Below are positions 35,751-49,699 of a DNA stretch of 64,000 nucleotides, in pieces (position 1 is the first letter of the stretch; every line of letters starts with the position of its first letter). Location of the stretch: the NCBI RefSeq assembly GCF_963921235.1, contig NC_086109.1, positions 25,918,001-25,982,000 on the forward strand, in the 5' to 3' direction. The notes below the pieces were generated by a model. That model was given only the letters and a program-made list of their open reading frames with translations, was not told the DNA's origin and made no database searches. A program made the position numbers and the translations under genes. Source of the stretch: Mobula hypostoma. Taxonomy: Eukaryota.

Positions 35751-37819
35751 TGATATATTGAACATACAAAATACAGAATGTTCTTCTTATATAGAAATAA
35801 TTACCAAGTGGTAATAAATCAGTTAATCTGTTTTAGTGATATTGGTCAAGCTTAAATAAAGAAATTCAAGATACCACATGGAATCTTTACAATTACTTGA
35901 GAGGGCAAGAAGGGCTCTGGTTTAACATGACATCTAAAAGACTCCACCTTCATCGATGGAAAACTCCTCCAGTACCAGATGGAGGCATCATCCCCAGTTC
36001 TGTGTGCAAGTTACTGGCGTGTAACTTAGCAAAGCTGATTACGTTGCGAGAAAAGGGGAAATAAATAATAAAACCAAATCTCCAGCCTGAGGTGTAAATT
36101 ATCATGTCTGATACTAACAAACTCTGCTTTGTCCCTCATTAACACATTTTGCACTATAGCTACTCAGTTAGTGTTGTATGAAATTACATGAATAGTTTGC
36201 ACCATCTATAAATAATGTGCATTCTACTGGGAGAAAAAGCATTTTTAATTTTTATTGCCCCAAAATTTAGTGATCCACAGCTTTTTGATAAAGCATTATA
36301 AACAAGTTCAGTGAGTTTTCAGGCAGGTTAAGGTCCTGTAAAGCCCAAATCATACTTGGAAACTATTGATATCATGGCGTTCACTGGAAAAGTAATACCA
36401 TTTGCTGGAATTCATATTATTTTAATGTAATTTTTATTTTTTATTTTTATTCAACTATAGATAATAATTATTGTAATATCAGATGTGGTGGTAATGGAAT
36501 CAATTCAAGTTGATAATCTTCTGCCTCTTCAGTGTATTAATAAATGCCAAGAACTATTTACTTGGTGACACACCCTCATTCAGGTTTAAGATCTGGAAAA
36601 AAATATTTTGTACAACCTTCTACCACGCAGAGTCTATCATTCATGCAGGCAAGATTATTCTGGACTGAATTTAATTACGTCCTTTCCTAGACTTGTTTAA
36701 ACTTAAGCGCCTCAGTTTTCCAAATTTGATGGAAAACAAATGAAATTCAATGAAAGTGTTGTCAAGCCTATCACCCACCATTGACCCCTATCTTTCAATT
36801 TGAATTCAAGAATAAGCTTTACTTTCAAAATCACAGATGGAAACAATTCTCATGATGTTTGCATTAAAAACATTGTAATGCTCACAGTCTCACATCTGCG
36901 TCTTGTCAAAAAAAATTTGAATGATTTCATATTTGAATGCCAGCTACACATCAGGACATCCCAGTGTGGAAACATAGATTAATCTTTAAACATATCCCAG
37001 ACAGAGGATAAAACTGGAAACATGATTGATATGAGTTTACCTATGGTACCTTCATTTAAAATAAAATCAATTTAGACTGGAAGATATGTTTTATATCACT
37101 TTAGACACAGCACAGTTTCAGGATCACAAAAGAAACATTCCTTCCTTTCGTTTAAACATTTTGAATAATAAAACACATGGTGATCTTTGTATGTTTTTAC
37201 TCAGTTTTAAAATATCCTTAATTGTTTATCACTTTCTTCTGTGAAGTAGTGAAAAACAACACCGTGGATGATAAGTATTACAATCCATTTGAGCTGGACA
37301 AAATGCTGGCTTTGCATGTTGTCCACTGGACATAATGTCCATGGTATAATGAGTATGTTGCAGAAGAAGCTAGGTGTGGCCTCAAGAAGGGAAGAAATAG
37401 TGTTTGGTCCCAGTATTTTCTCAAGTAAATGTCTCATGGCATTATTTTAGTGAAAAGTAGGGGATTTCTGTCAGTGTGGTGGCCATCATAAATCCTACTG
37501 GATGATGTGAGAAGTTGCTGTATATAAATTACCGTATTGCAATAGTGAATTTACATCCAAAATTCTTAACTGGCTGCAAGCCATTCTGAGACACTGACAT
37601 TATTAACAGTCTAATTATAATGTGTTTCTTTAATCTATTTGAATATGCTATATGATCATGTGCTACAGTTGTAGATTTTTAGAAACTCTGCCTAACAGCA
37701 TTTGAAATATTAGCTTTATCAGTCATGTGTACATTGAAACGTACAGTGAAATGTGTCGTTTTACAGACTGTGGATTGTGCTGGGGGCAGCCTGCAAGTGT
37801 TGCTCCATTTCCAGTGCCA

Positions 37820-38300
37820 ACATAACATACCGAGAGTACTGCATCCAGGACCTTAGCAGGGAAAAATTGGTGTCCAGCAGTGCCCTGGGAAGATGCAGCC
37901 TGCGAGGGGTATGAGCGGAAACTCGTAAGGTACGCTGAGCTGTCCACAGAGGCTAAGCAACGTGGATGGAAGGTGCAGATTTTCTCAGTAGAGGCTGGCT
38001 GCAGAGGGTTTGTGGCTATATGCATGGTCAGATTGCTGAAGGGATTGGGAGTCCGAGGCCAGGGCCAGCGGCAAGCAATTAAAGAACTCTCGGAGGCAGA
38101 CAAGCAAACCAGCCACTTGTCATGAATGAAGAAGAGTGACAGCAGCTGGGCCCTAAAATGACCCTTGAGTGGACAGATGTGGAGTGGGGTGCACCTGGGA
38201 TGCTGGGTCGCACTGTTGAGCCCTCTGGAGATGTGGTGGGTTTAAAATGACAAAACATCTAAGAAAGGGGGGGTGCCCACCTGATGACCCCGGGAAAAAT
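37820..38300 (+). mobile_element. 3' fragment of a restriction-like-endonuclease (RLE) non-LTR element (HERO/NeSL-like)
   Basis: VPWEDAACEGYERKLVRYAEL...GWKVQIFSVEAGCRGFV matches the RLE C-terminal pattern (VPWE...ERK..Y..L...GW....VE.G.RG). Confidence 0.7.
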
Positions 38301-41300
38301 CTGCCACCCACCAAGCCCCACCTCAAGATCTCTTTGCTATGACCCGAGTTAGGATCGATCTGCTTATCAAAGGGATTCAAACATTTAGTCCTATGAGCTC
38401 GAACCTACAACTCACTAAACCTAACCGTACATTTTTTGAATGTGGGAGGAAAACTGGAACATGTGGAGGAAATCCACTTGGAGACTCCTTACAGCCAGTA
38501 GTGAGAAATGAATCCTGGTCAGTGATCTCTGATGCTGTGATGTGATTGCACTAACCGTTATACCACTGTGCCACCAGTAGTAATTTCAATAATTTACATT
38601 TCTCTCCGTATTGTTATTCTAGCATCCTGTAAATGGTAGATTCCAGCAATAAGCACAGCACATTTGAGGTGTTAGTAGCTGAAGCTGATGTGTTCATGTT
38701 TCAGCTCGTCTTCTTTGTTCATTTTCGCTCTGAAGGTCACACGACAGAGTGAGCATTATCAAAAACACCCTAGGTAATTAGTTTCTTCTCTATGTTTTGG
38801 AGAAGCAATAGATTCTGCAATGTCTTTAGCCTGTGCAATAGGTCTGAGCATAGAATTAAGAGCGGTATAAACTTTAGGTTAAAAAAAACGGGCCCAGACA
38901 TGTCTAGAACTTTGGTCATTCAAGATCTAAACTCACACAGAAGATAAACCAAAACATTGCAGTGAAATATTACTGTTCCACTTCCACAATTATTTTTAAA
39001 TATATGCAGTGTTACATTATGATTAAAATGAATATTTAACTTCAAATGTCATTCCCTGTTCCACCAGTAATGTACTCTGAAGTGATACCAGTGATCTCTG
39101 GAGCTAAATTTGAAAGCCCTTGGTTTCTAAAATGAGGCCCTTTGTTGATCAGGGTTGACCATTGATATTGCATCCGAGCCCTCTGCTTGAGACTCAAGCC
39201 AGGGCAGTACGATATGGAGAACAAGCTCCCCCACTCCACTCCAAAGGAGTGACAGAGACCAATACAGTTTGGCACCAGTGTGTCACAGGAGTTGCCAGTC
39301 AGCATTGAACCCAGTGTTGGACTGCTCAGTGTTTGGCGAATCAAACTCCAGATTTTTCACGGGGTTTACTCCCAAAGCCTTCCCCATGAGTGGATATAGC
39401 CGCAAGGCAGTGGAGGTTTGAGATCAGAGCTTTCCTTCTCCTAGATGAGCTGTCAACCACAGCTGGAGAGCCCCATCTGCCTGAAGCGACTGGTTTTAAG
39501 GCACCAGTAACCCACCATTGCCCCTTCTCCTGTCTGTAGAAATTGTTCCCTTGGGCTTAATAGCTAAGTCACATGTGAAGGCCAGGAGCTGGACTTAATT
39601 GCCAGGAGGCTATTTAAGACACACACTATTGGGAGCATTTAATAGATGGTGGGAGCTTATCCTCATTACCACTTCTGGCTACGACAAACTTAGGAAACTT
39701 TTTAATAAGATGGTTCTTACTTGCTTAAAGAAAAAAAAAGACAAAGTTCTTCTTAATAAATCATTACATCATGTGCCAGTTAATAAGCCAGCTCTGTTAA
39801 GCAATCAAAAGCATTGGAGCCAATTAACACTGCAGATTTTTAAATTATGTATTACTTAAGGGGGCTGCTGAATTAATAGTTAAATACTGATCAAATGCAC
39901 TAACCCTGGATCTATTGCAGTCCCTCTAAACAAAACAAAATGGCTTCTATTCTAGTACTCAAATGGAAATAACATAGTTTCTAGAATTTTATTTATCCTC
40001 ATGTCTAAATATTTCAGCTTTAATTCACTTTGAAAGATACTTGAAAATGGTGGTGATAAATAAAAAAGCAACTGTGTTTTGGAAGTTTATCATTCAATGT
40101 GGATAATATAAAATAATAAGGAAAGATTATAAGGGAGTTTGTAAATGTAAGAGACATGCCTAGAAATTCAAATGTACACCATTGCCTTAGCCAAAATGGA
40201 AAACAGAAATTGAATATTCATTACAGTCCTGGAAGCTGCATCCTGTTACGTTATCCAATACACATTTCCATAGATGCTGTCCTGGCCTGCTGAGTTCCTC
40301 CAGCATTTTGTGTATGTTGCTTGGGTTTCCAGCATCTGCAGATTTTCTCTTGTTTGTGTTGGACTAGTACACTGCACAATAGATGCCGTCTGGCCTGCTG
40401 AGTTCCTCCAACATTTGTGTGTGCTTCCTGTTACATTATTATTTATTATATGGTTTTGTTTAATATCAGGGAATGTATGCAGTATACAGCATGAAATTCT
40501 TAGGACCAAATGGGATTTATCCCAGGGTGCTGCAGAAAGCAAGGGAGAGATTTTTAAACACTTGCTGGGTGCAAGTGATGTACCAGGAGGGCAGAAAAAA
40601 GCAGGGCAGTATAGACAAGACTATAGACCTGTGACCTATAGATCTGTAACTATAGATTTGTGAGCTCATCATCAATGATATTGGGAAAATATTTGAGGGA
40701 GAGGATATAGATAAGCTATCATAGAACTGTTAATTTGTGGTTTATTTACAAATTCTGATGCATACAGCAACCTAACCATATAGAGGATATACTGCACATA
40801 CATACTGATGTGTTCTGTCTGTTACCCTTGCAAACTCAAAATATTATCATAGTTTTAGCTAACTATCAGGGGAGAAGCAGGTGGATAAACCAGACTTTAA
40901 GTTAACCAATGGTACATTTTGTCCAGAGAAGTTTGCTACTGGAGGACAAATTACTATGAATTGAATCTTTTTTTTCCTCTTCCTATAATGCCTCTTTTTA
41001 CTTTAGGTTTTCAATTGTACATTAGTCAGAAATTCTGTTATCGTACGACTTGCAAAAAAAGTGACAGGTATGTACTTTTGAATGCCACATTCATTTTTTT
41101 CCCATAAAACCAAGAAGTTGTAGCTAGTGGAAATCGAACATTAACACACAAAATGTGTTTTGTGAAAAATACTAGGAATTTTCCTGGAAACACTCATTAG
41201 GTCAGGCAGCATCTATGCTGAAAAAGGGTCACAAACTCAAAACATTGACTGTTCCTCATTCCACAGAATTTGCCTCACCTATTTTTTTCCAGCATTTTCA

Positions 41301-41595
41301 GATTTTATACTTGTACTCTGCAATATTAATTCTGACTTACTCTGCATTTTGTATTCTATTTTAACATTCTCCAAATCTACATTAAGGTTGTTATAATCTA
41401 TGACATCTATGATTTATCTTAAGCAAAAGATTTTAAAACAACATATGACCTGCTATTATTTATTTTGTTGAGCTGACTGGTTGAATGGATTCTAGTAGAA
41501 ATTCTTGATTCTGTCTGCAACTCCCAACCTGCCCAGTGCAGGAGGCAGGGAAGGAAAGAATGACATTACTTTAGATTTAAAGGCAGGTTACCAAA

Positions 41596-42220
41596 ATTAA
41601 TTAGATTATGAAGACACGTAGTCCCCTTTTATTGTCATTTAGTAATGCATGCATTAAGAAATGATACATTATTTCCTTCGGTGTGATATCACAAAACACA
41701 GGACAAACCAAGACTGAAAAAACTGACAAAACCACATAATTATACATATAGTTACAAACAGTGTAACAATACTATATCTTGATGAAGAAGTCCGTGAGCA
41801 CAGTAAAGTTCAAAGTTTCTCAAAAGTCCCACATCTCACGCAGACGGACAGAAGGAAGAAAAACTCTCCCTGCCATGCCAACCACAATCCGACTCTGAGT
41901 CATCCGAAAACTTCGAGCTCCGATCAGCTCTCCGAACACCGAGTACCAAGCAGCAACTCTGCCGAACGATTCGACCTCCTTCTCAATTGCCAAAAGCAGG
42001 CAAGGCCGGGGATTTTGAGGCCTACCCTCCGAAAGATTCCCGACCACACAGTAACAACAGCAGAGGACGAGCATTTCAGAAATTTCTCCAGATGTTCCTC
42101 TGTGCTTTCACGTCCATTCTCCATCAAATCAGAATTGTCCACGGCCCCTATTTAACAGATACGACATCATTTTTCACCGGAGAGCTGCGCACGCGTGGCA
42201 CGCTGCCATCTTCTCCTCCT
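41596..42220 (-). mobile_element. Uninterrupted ~620-bp non-coding retroposon
   Basis: Minus strand starts GGAGAAGATGGCAG (YY1-like), ends AATAAA...ATAATCTAAT; homologue of 19540-22230. Confidence 0.7.
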
Positions 42221-45039
42221 GCCTATAATTACACAATAAGCTCATGAGGAATGACATTTACACTGCTGACTTGCCTGATTACAGGAAGCTGTGCATTTTT
42301 CAAGCAACCCTAGGGTGGCATAGTGGCTCAGTTTGGCTGCTCCTGTGACCCAGGGTCAGTCCTGACTTCTAGTGTTGTCTGAGAGCAGTTTGCACATTCT
42401 ACACAATTTCAAGTGAAGAGGCTTGAAGGACTGTTTTCTAATTCAATCCATATCAGGGCCACAGAGTTACAGCAGGGAAACAAGCTCATCCACATCAACT
42501 ATGAAGCAAGTGCACAGGTTTCCACCCCTGCTTTCCTGCCACATCCCAACGATAACCGGTCTCTGTGAATTGCACTAGTGTACGAAAGTTGTAAAATCTC
42601 AGGAGTTATGGGAATAAAATGGGCTGATGTTGTATCAGTGTAAATGAGTGCTTGATGGTCATAGAATCCTACAGCATAGATTCCATTCCAACCAATGGGT
42701 ACCCTTACGTATTTACTCCCATCGTGTAACACTCAGTGCCTAGCCCTCGAAGCCTGTGATTCAAATGTTCATCTTCTAGACTCTTCTAAAATGCTGTCAG
42801 TGACTCAGCTTCAAATGTACTTTCAAGCAGTGTATTCCAGGTATGTACTTCTCTGGATGAAGAAAGTCCCCCTCATGTTGCCTCTGAATCTTCTCCTACG
42901 TCCTCTGATTTTAATTACCTTTTACAGAGGGGAACATTTCCTTCTGTCTACCCTGTCTGCAGTGTATCCCATCATAAATTAATTCAATAATACCCTAACA
43001 TGGGACAAAGTCATTATAAGCTACTCTGGATAAGTTTCTCATGCATTTTTGCAGTTTCAAAGCGTCCGATCAAAAGAAGATCTTTAAATCTACTGCATCT
43101 GTTAGGCCACCAATAGCAATTTTCCATACCTTTAGGAAGAACTTATGCAAGACAACTAACTAAAAATATAATTTCTATCACTCTTAAGGAGCTTGTTTAG
43201 GAGTGAGCTATCATTTGTTCAAATTGTAAATTGTAAATGAGCCACATATTTTGAATTTCTGTTTCTGGTTCGAGATTGTTTATTGCCATTCTTCAGTACA
43301 CAAGTGTAAAGAAGAATGAAATGATTGTTACTCCGGGTCTGATGCAGTATAAACAAAACACAATATGTATAAAGAACATAATTTTAAAAATCCATTAAAT
43401 CCTCTTAAATCATAGTTCTTTTATTTACATGTGTACTTTGAGCGTTTCTTTAACTAATCTCTCAAACGCTTTGTATGATAAAAATAAAGTCAGCAACTAG
43501 GTTGGAACTGTGGGCAGTATGAATAGACTGAGGAAAATCCTGGGCTTTACTTTGAATCTACAAAGGCATAACAATATGAGAAAGATAAACATCAAAATTA
43601 CAATGGGCCATTCAAATATCATTTTCTGTTTCTACCAGGATGGGCATTCAACACAAACTATCAATACCTGAAGTAAATAATGGCAAAACTAAGAAACGTA
43701 AAACAAATTATTAGAATTCGCCTCTGTGGGACTTTGAAAACATGTAATTTGGTGATACCGATCAGACTGAAAATGTTCTAACATTGATATAGTAGCCACT
43801 GTAGAGAACTGATAAAAATATCACCTTAACAATATGGTTCTGAAAAAAAAACCTGGCTTTGTGCATAGCTTAAGCTGATTATCTGTGATGGCATTCAATA
43901 AAAAAGATACTTACAAGTTTTCATTACAAGGTCTGTGTATCTGTTTATGAGAAGTCAGAGGAAAGCCAAAGCAGGGAAAATGGCAAAAAAGATCAAAAGG
44001 AAACCTATCCTCCATTGCGGTATTTACTCCTGGTGGTATGTTATTTATAATGTATGAACAAGCTACTATTAATTTAACAAAATACTTGTTCCATTCTAGC
44101 AACATATTACCCCAAGCCCACCACCTGTTTATCCCCATCTTAACGGTCACAAATGTTCATATTACCTGGATTCCTGAAACTGATTAAGGAATAATGGCTC
44201 ATACATTCAAATGAATAGCCATTCTACTCTGCACCTTTATCAGTGCCAACAATTCACTCTGCATATCTTCCTTATAATGAAGAATCTTCTTCTATTAATT
44301 TACAATACATTGGCATTCTCTTGCCCTTGAGAGGAAATTGCAAAGGATCTCTTTGAGCTATTACAGACCTTTCAGTAAAGGTACACCAACAATATCTTTT
44401 GGTAAGGAATTCCATGATTGTGATGGAAAGGAAGGTTATTACTAGGGACATTATGAGAGTTCAAGATGTATATCTTAATACGTTGCTCTAAAAAAATCCT
44501 TGAGACATATCCTGGGGCTGAGATGATTGGCATTCCACAACATTCTCCTGTTATACATAGTATGAACCTGGTCTCTAGTGATTTTTTCTTTTGATTCCAT
44601 TTAACTTATATATCCTTCTTCAAGTATCTTTTATCTCCTGAACTCTCTTCCTGAAGGACATTGATGTGCATTTCCATTGTAGTTGGAATTTCTCAGCACT
44701 CTACAACAAGCATACTTAATCCTTCATGATATGAGCAGACTACTTGGCTGTGGGTAGTGAGCAGCAAAGGTAAACCTAATGAAGCTCACAAAATTGCCTT
44801 TCAAGAGTTGTATGCACAAAATTGTGGGTGGGCGTTTAAGAGTTACGGGAAGGGCTGAGGACTGGGAATGGAATCCGGCATATTACCTCAGGAAGATGGG
44901 ACAAAGAGTGTATGGGCAAGAAAGGGACTGAAAACAATGAGAGGGAAGGTAGTCAAGGGCTCCTTTTCCTGACCCCACATATGTTTGAATGTGTGTTGGG
45001 CATATATACTGCAGAGCCAAGCCTTGGTTTCCTTTAGAG

Positions 45040-45335
45040 TCTGAGGTTTGGAATGTCACCAAAGGCTTTAGCAAATTTCTATAGATATATCATGATGAGC
45101 ATTCTGACTGGTTTCATCACCTCCTGGTATGGAGGTCTCAATGCAAGTGATCAGCAAATGCTGCAGAGGGTTGCAGATTTAGCCACCTCCACCATGACAC
45201 TCGACATTGCTTCAAGAAGTTGGCATCCATCTTAAGGACCCACATTACCCAGATCATGCCCTCTTTTCATTTCTACTATGTACAGGAGCCTGAAGATGCA
45301 CATTCAAAATTTTAGGGACAGATTCTTCCCCTCCC
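45040..45335 (+). mobile_element. Old Rex1-type 3' fragment
   Basis: MSPKALANFYRYIMMSILTGFITSWYG...LQRV. Confidence 0.65.
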
Positions 45336-45359
45336 TGACTTGATTTCAACAAGTCTACA

Positions 45360-46900
45360 TCTCAAATGAAAAATAATAAGGTCTTAAAAGGTACTTCTGC
45401 TAAATTTCCAAAATGTATTAATGAAAAACTTCAGTCACAAGTCGACATCTTCATTGCCTACATCTAGGAAGAAAAGATTCTAGGAGACAGAAATACATTA
45501 ATTGCGACCATATTCAAGAAATTAGACTAGTCCTTACTAGTAACCATATAGGGGTCTTTCTGGTGTTGCAAGGACCCTTCTCAAATGGCTGAAGATCTGT
45601 TCACTGAGTAAGGACTCAATCCGTTCAGAGATAGAGTGCATGTGGTTTCCACCATACGAGAACTCCAGGGAAAAATAGAATTCAGCACAAGCAACTATAT
45701 TTGACCTTATCAACGTCAGCAAATCCTTTCTTTCCATCATTTGGGAAGCACTGTGGAACTGCCTCATGAGCTCTGTGATAACATGTATACCATGAGAATA
45801 ACCAGTATGTGTATAACAGAACCTTTTGCAGTGAAGACCGGTATCAAACAAGACCGTAACATCATACAAACTCTTTTTTCTTCCAAATCTTTTGCTTCTC
45901 ACATCCAAAAAATGTGCAAATAGTGTAGAATTAATCTTCGGCATTAGAGCAATATTAGTCAACCTATGGCAACTACACTCCAGAAGCAAGGTTACCCAAA
46001 TGTCAGAAGTCAAAATGCAGTTTTTAGATGATCTCCAACCCATCACTGGGGTGTTTGGGGTGTCCAGGGAGGCGTTGCACCCCTGGGAAGGGGCTTGTCT
46101 TATCCACCCTGGGGCAGCTCACTCATCTTCAATCCCCACCGGATACTCAGCTCCCACCTGTGGCTCCAAGTAGCTGTTTGCATGTCACAGCGGCCACACC
46201 TCAGTACACCACTTTGACAGGTGTGCTAAACCAGGTGAGGATAGCTGGTGGCCTCATGCCCCAGTATGATGCTTGTTCATACCACTGGACCCAGACTTCT
46301 GAGGTCAAGAGAGTGGACCTGCCCCAGTGCAACTGCCTTTCTGCTTTAAAAACATTCCTGCACGTGTCCTGCCATTATCAGACATGATGGACAACCACCA
46401 AGCCATCATAATTTTTATAAAGCATGAGCTTACACTCAACATGCAGAAGGCCCAGCTCTCCGCCAACCTACCCTGCTTCACCACACTGTTCCCCAATATC
46501 CATAGGTGGCATCTCAAGGCACTGGAAAATTACCAACAATGCTGTTCCTGCAAAATCTTTAAAATTTGCTGCAAGGATAAGCAAACCAACATCAGTCACC
46601 AAGTTGCAGTATCCCATTACTGGTACACCTGTTCACGCTCAAAGGCCAAACTTCATGTGTTCAGTGTATCTTCCTGGGCCTACATCCTCAATACTGAGGT
46701 CCAAGTGACACTCCATCAGCAACATTTGGCAGAGCACATCAATCACTTGCCCAACATCAGACAATTGAAATGGACACTAATCTAAGCTGTCATGGGAAGA
46801 GACGACTAAACTGTCAGAGGGTAAGATTCAAGGATATGCTCAGATCTTTCTTGAAGAAGCACAACATCCGTAGTGACAGAACATCCCCAATGACACATCA
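45360..46900 (+). mobile_element. Highly degenerate RTE-clade LINE remnants
   Basis: TEPFAVKTGIKQ (RT), HLKALENYQQCC..KI, GKRRLNCQRVRFKD C-terminal motifs. Confidence 0.55.
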
Positions 46901-48959
46901 CAATCTCTGTTTCAGGGAGAACACCTATCTAACCACCCATGATACAAAAGGTTTGAGTGTTAGGTGGTGGGATCACCAGCCACTGACCTGATCACATTGC
47001 TACTGTACTAACATAGCCAGCCCAAATGAGTATTTGGTCAATGCTGATCCCCAGGATAATGATGATGATGGAGCTGCCAATGGTAATACCATTAAATTTC
47101 AAGGGAAGGTGTTTGGATTCCCTCTTGCTGAGCAACTCCTTTTTTTTCCTCTGGTGACGAATATATTACCTGCCACTTATCAGTGTATGCAGGGATTGTT
47201 GTCTTGGTCTGGATGATTGCTGGCATGAGCTGCAGTATTTTATATATTGTAAATGAAATCATACATCTGGCAGTCATCAGGAAACACATTCGCTGCATGC
47301 TTAATGATCAAAGGAAGGATATTTATGAAGAAGCTGAAGATAGTTGGGCCAGGAACAATGTCCTGAGGAACTCTGTAAGACCATAAGGCATGGAGCAGAA
47401 TTGGGCCATTTAGCCTATTAAGTCTGCTTCACCATTTCATCATGACTAATATATTATCCCAAGAAACATACACAAAAGGCTGGAGGATCTCAGCAGACCA
47501 GGCAGCACCAACGGAAAAGAGTGAATAGTCAATGTCTCAGGCCGAGACCCCCCATTGAGGACTATTAAAAAAAGATGCAAAGAAAAAAAGATTTTCTCAT
47601 GATTGTAACATATTATCCCTCTCAACCCCATTCTCCTACCTTCTTCTTATAATCTTTGATGCACTTATTAACCAAAAACTTCTCAAATTGTGCTTTCGAT
47701 ATACTCATTGATATGACATCCCCAGCCATCTGTGGCGATGAATTCCACAGATACACCACTCTCTGGCTAAAGAAATTCTTCCTCATCTCTGTTCTAAAAG
47801 GATGTCCTTCTATTCAGAGGCTGTGCCCTCTGGTTCCAGGTTCCTTCACGAGAGGAAACAACCTTGCTCTGTCCACTCTATCTAGAACTTTAGCTATTTG
47901 CTGGGGCTGGGGTGATTAATTTCTAACAATCAGAACCATATTCCTTGTTGTAGGTTTGTCTCCAGCCATTGCTATATTGTCCATTTGGTGTCCATTGACT
48001 TAGGTTTTTCCAGAGCTGTTTGATTCCACATTTGTTCAAATACATCCTTAATATCATAGGCAGTCACTCTAACTTCACCTCTAGAATTCAGGTCTTTGGC
48101 CTGAACACTAAGGGGTGAGATTTTGAGTGAAGTGTCCTGTTAAAAAAAACAAACTGGATATGAAAAAATAAGCGCCATGTGATGACACCATTGAAAGCAG
48201 TTCCCATCTCTTTGCTAATGGTTGAGAGGAGAATGAAATGGGCAATATTTCACAAGGTTAGATGACAGTATTGTAATTATACTGCAACAGTTTGGCTAAA
48301 CACTTGCAAAGAGTTAGTGGTATTTATAACAAGCACAATAAAACCACATATTACTCAGTAGCAAGTTGTTTTAAATTGACACAGTACTTTCTAATATGCA
48401 ATCATATCAAGACTTGCTCCTCAAATGGAGTTGAGGGAGAAGATGGAGAATCACAAATAGAATTAGTTTAGGATTCAGTCTTTATACCTGATTTCATATC
48501 AACATTGCAACACTGGGCATTTGTGATTGAAAAGTAAAATTGTTATACCCCTATTTACATCTCTACAATATTTACAATATCCTTCAATCTTAATTAAAAT
48601 ATATGAGACGAAAAATCATTTTCCATCATAGTGACAATCCGAATCTATATTCGTGTATTATTTATATGTCACAAATGGTTACCACGAAATTTGCATTTGT
48701 CTGCATTATCAACTACCGTTATTTCCTTTGGAGTTTTCAGGCAGATTGTTTCATATGACTATACATCAAACTGCAATATTTTCGTACCTAAAGGACCCGG
48801 TAATCAAAATTTAATTATGACCGTTTCACTAACCTAAATAAAGTTTTGATCGACCATTTGTTGATTTACATTTAACTGTCTGTTCACCTGTATCAAATAA
48901 TAGAGCATGGTCGATAAGGATTTTCTCAAATCGAGTAGTTGCCTTTTTAATAAGGCAGA

Positions 48960-49284
48960 CTTCCCTGACTCTGCTCTGGGAGGCGCCTGTGGACGTCAAT
49001 TTCGCGTCACTCTCAAACTCTTCAGATGAAGCTGTCCACGGTGCTGAAACTCTCGGCTCGCTTAAACCTTTCGCAGTCAGCCAATTTTTGACTAAGGCTA
49101 CGGGATCTGGAACCGAGACGGAAAACGCGGGAGATGACAATAATTAATTGAGTATTGTTCAGAGCCAGCAGTCAGTTTCCTTAGCAACATGACTCAAGAC
49201 AAAGCCGAGAAAGCATCTTAGGTGACGAATATCACCCGCATCAAAAAGAGAGCAAAGCACGAACTGAAAAAAAAACACAGAAGA
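48960..49284 (+). promoter_or_regulatory. Putative LHFPL5 promoter / 5' UTR with CpG enrichment, CRE-like, CCAAT, X-box and AP-1 motifs
   Basis: GGACGTCA 48991-48998, CGCGTCA 49003-49009, CCAAT 49081-49085, GTTTCCTTAGCAAC 49175-49188, TGACTCA 49190-49196; CpGs retained unlike the flanks. Confidence 0.55.
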
Positions 49285-49699
49285 ATGGGGGACAAAATGC
49301 TTCCGGCCCAAGAAGCTGCTAAGATCTATCACACTAATTATGTGAGAAATTCCAGAGCAATTGGTGTTCTTTGGGCGATTTTCACCATTTGTTTTGCCAT
49401 TATAACTGTGGTCATTTTTATCCAACCCTACTGGATTGGGGACAGCATCAATACTCCCCAAGCTGGCTACTTCGGACTATTTCATTACTGCATCGGGAAC
49501 GGACTGACCAGGGAGCTAATCTGCAAAGGGAGCGCCCTAGATTTCAGCTCTATTCCTTCAGGAGCTTTCAAAACTGCCATGTTCTTCGTTGGCATCTCCA
49601 TGCTTCTGATTATCGGCTGCCTCGTCTGCTTCAGTCTCTTTTTCTTTTGTAACTCAGCCACTGTCTATAAAGTCTGCGCATGGATGCAACTTGCCTCAG
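49285..49699 (+). CDS. LHFPL5: LHFPL tetraspan subfamily member, first coding exon (best match LHFPL5/TMHS; LHFPL3/4 less likely)
   Basis: [25 protein letters not shown]...[19 protein letters not shown]...[23 protein letters not shown]...[14 protein letters not shown]; donor AG|GTAAGT at 49699/49700 (415 nt, phase 1); [20 protein letters not shown] favour LHFPL5 by recall. Confidence 0.85.

Noticed and set aside
36000..37700. AT-rich non-repeat stretch as possible exons or enhancer
   Set aside because: No recognisable protein motif or structure; cannot be supported without conservation data
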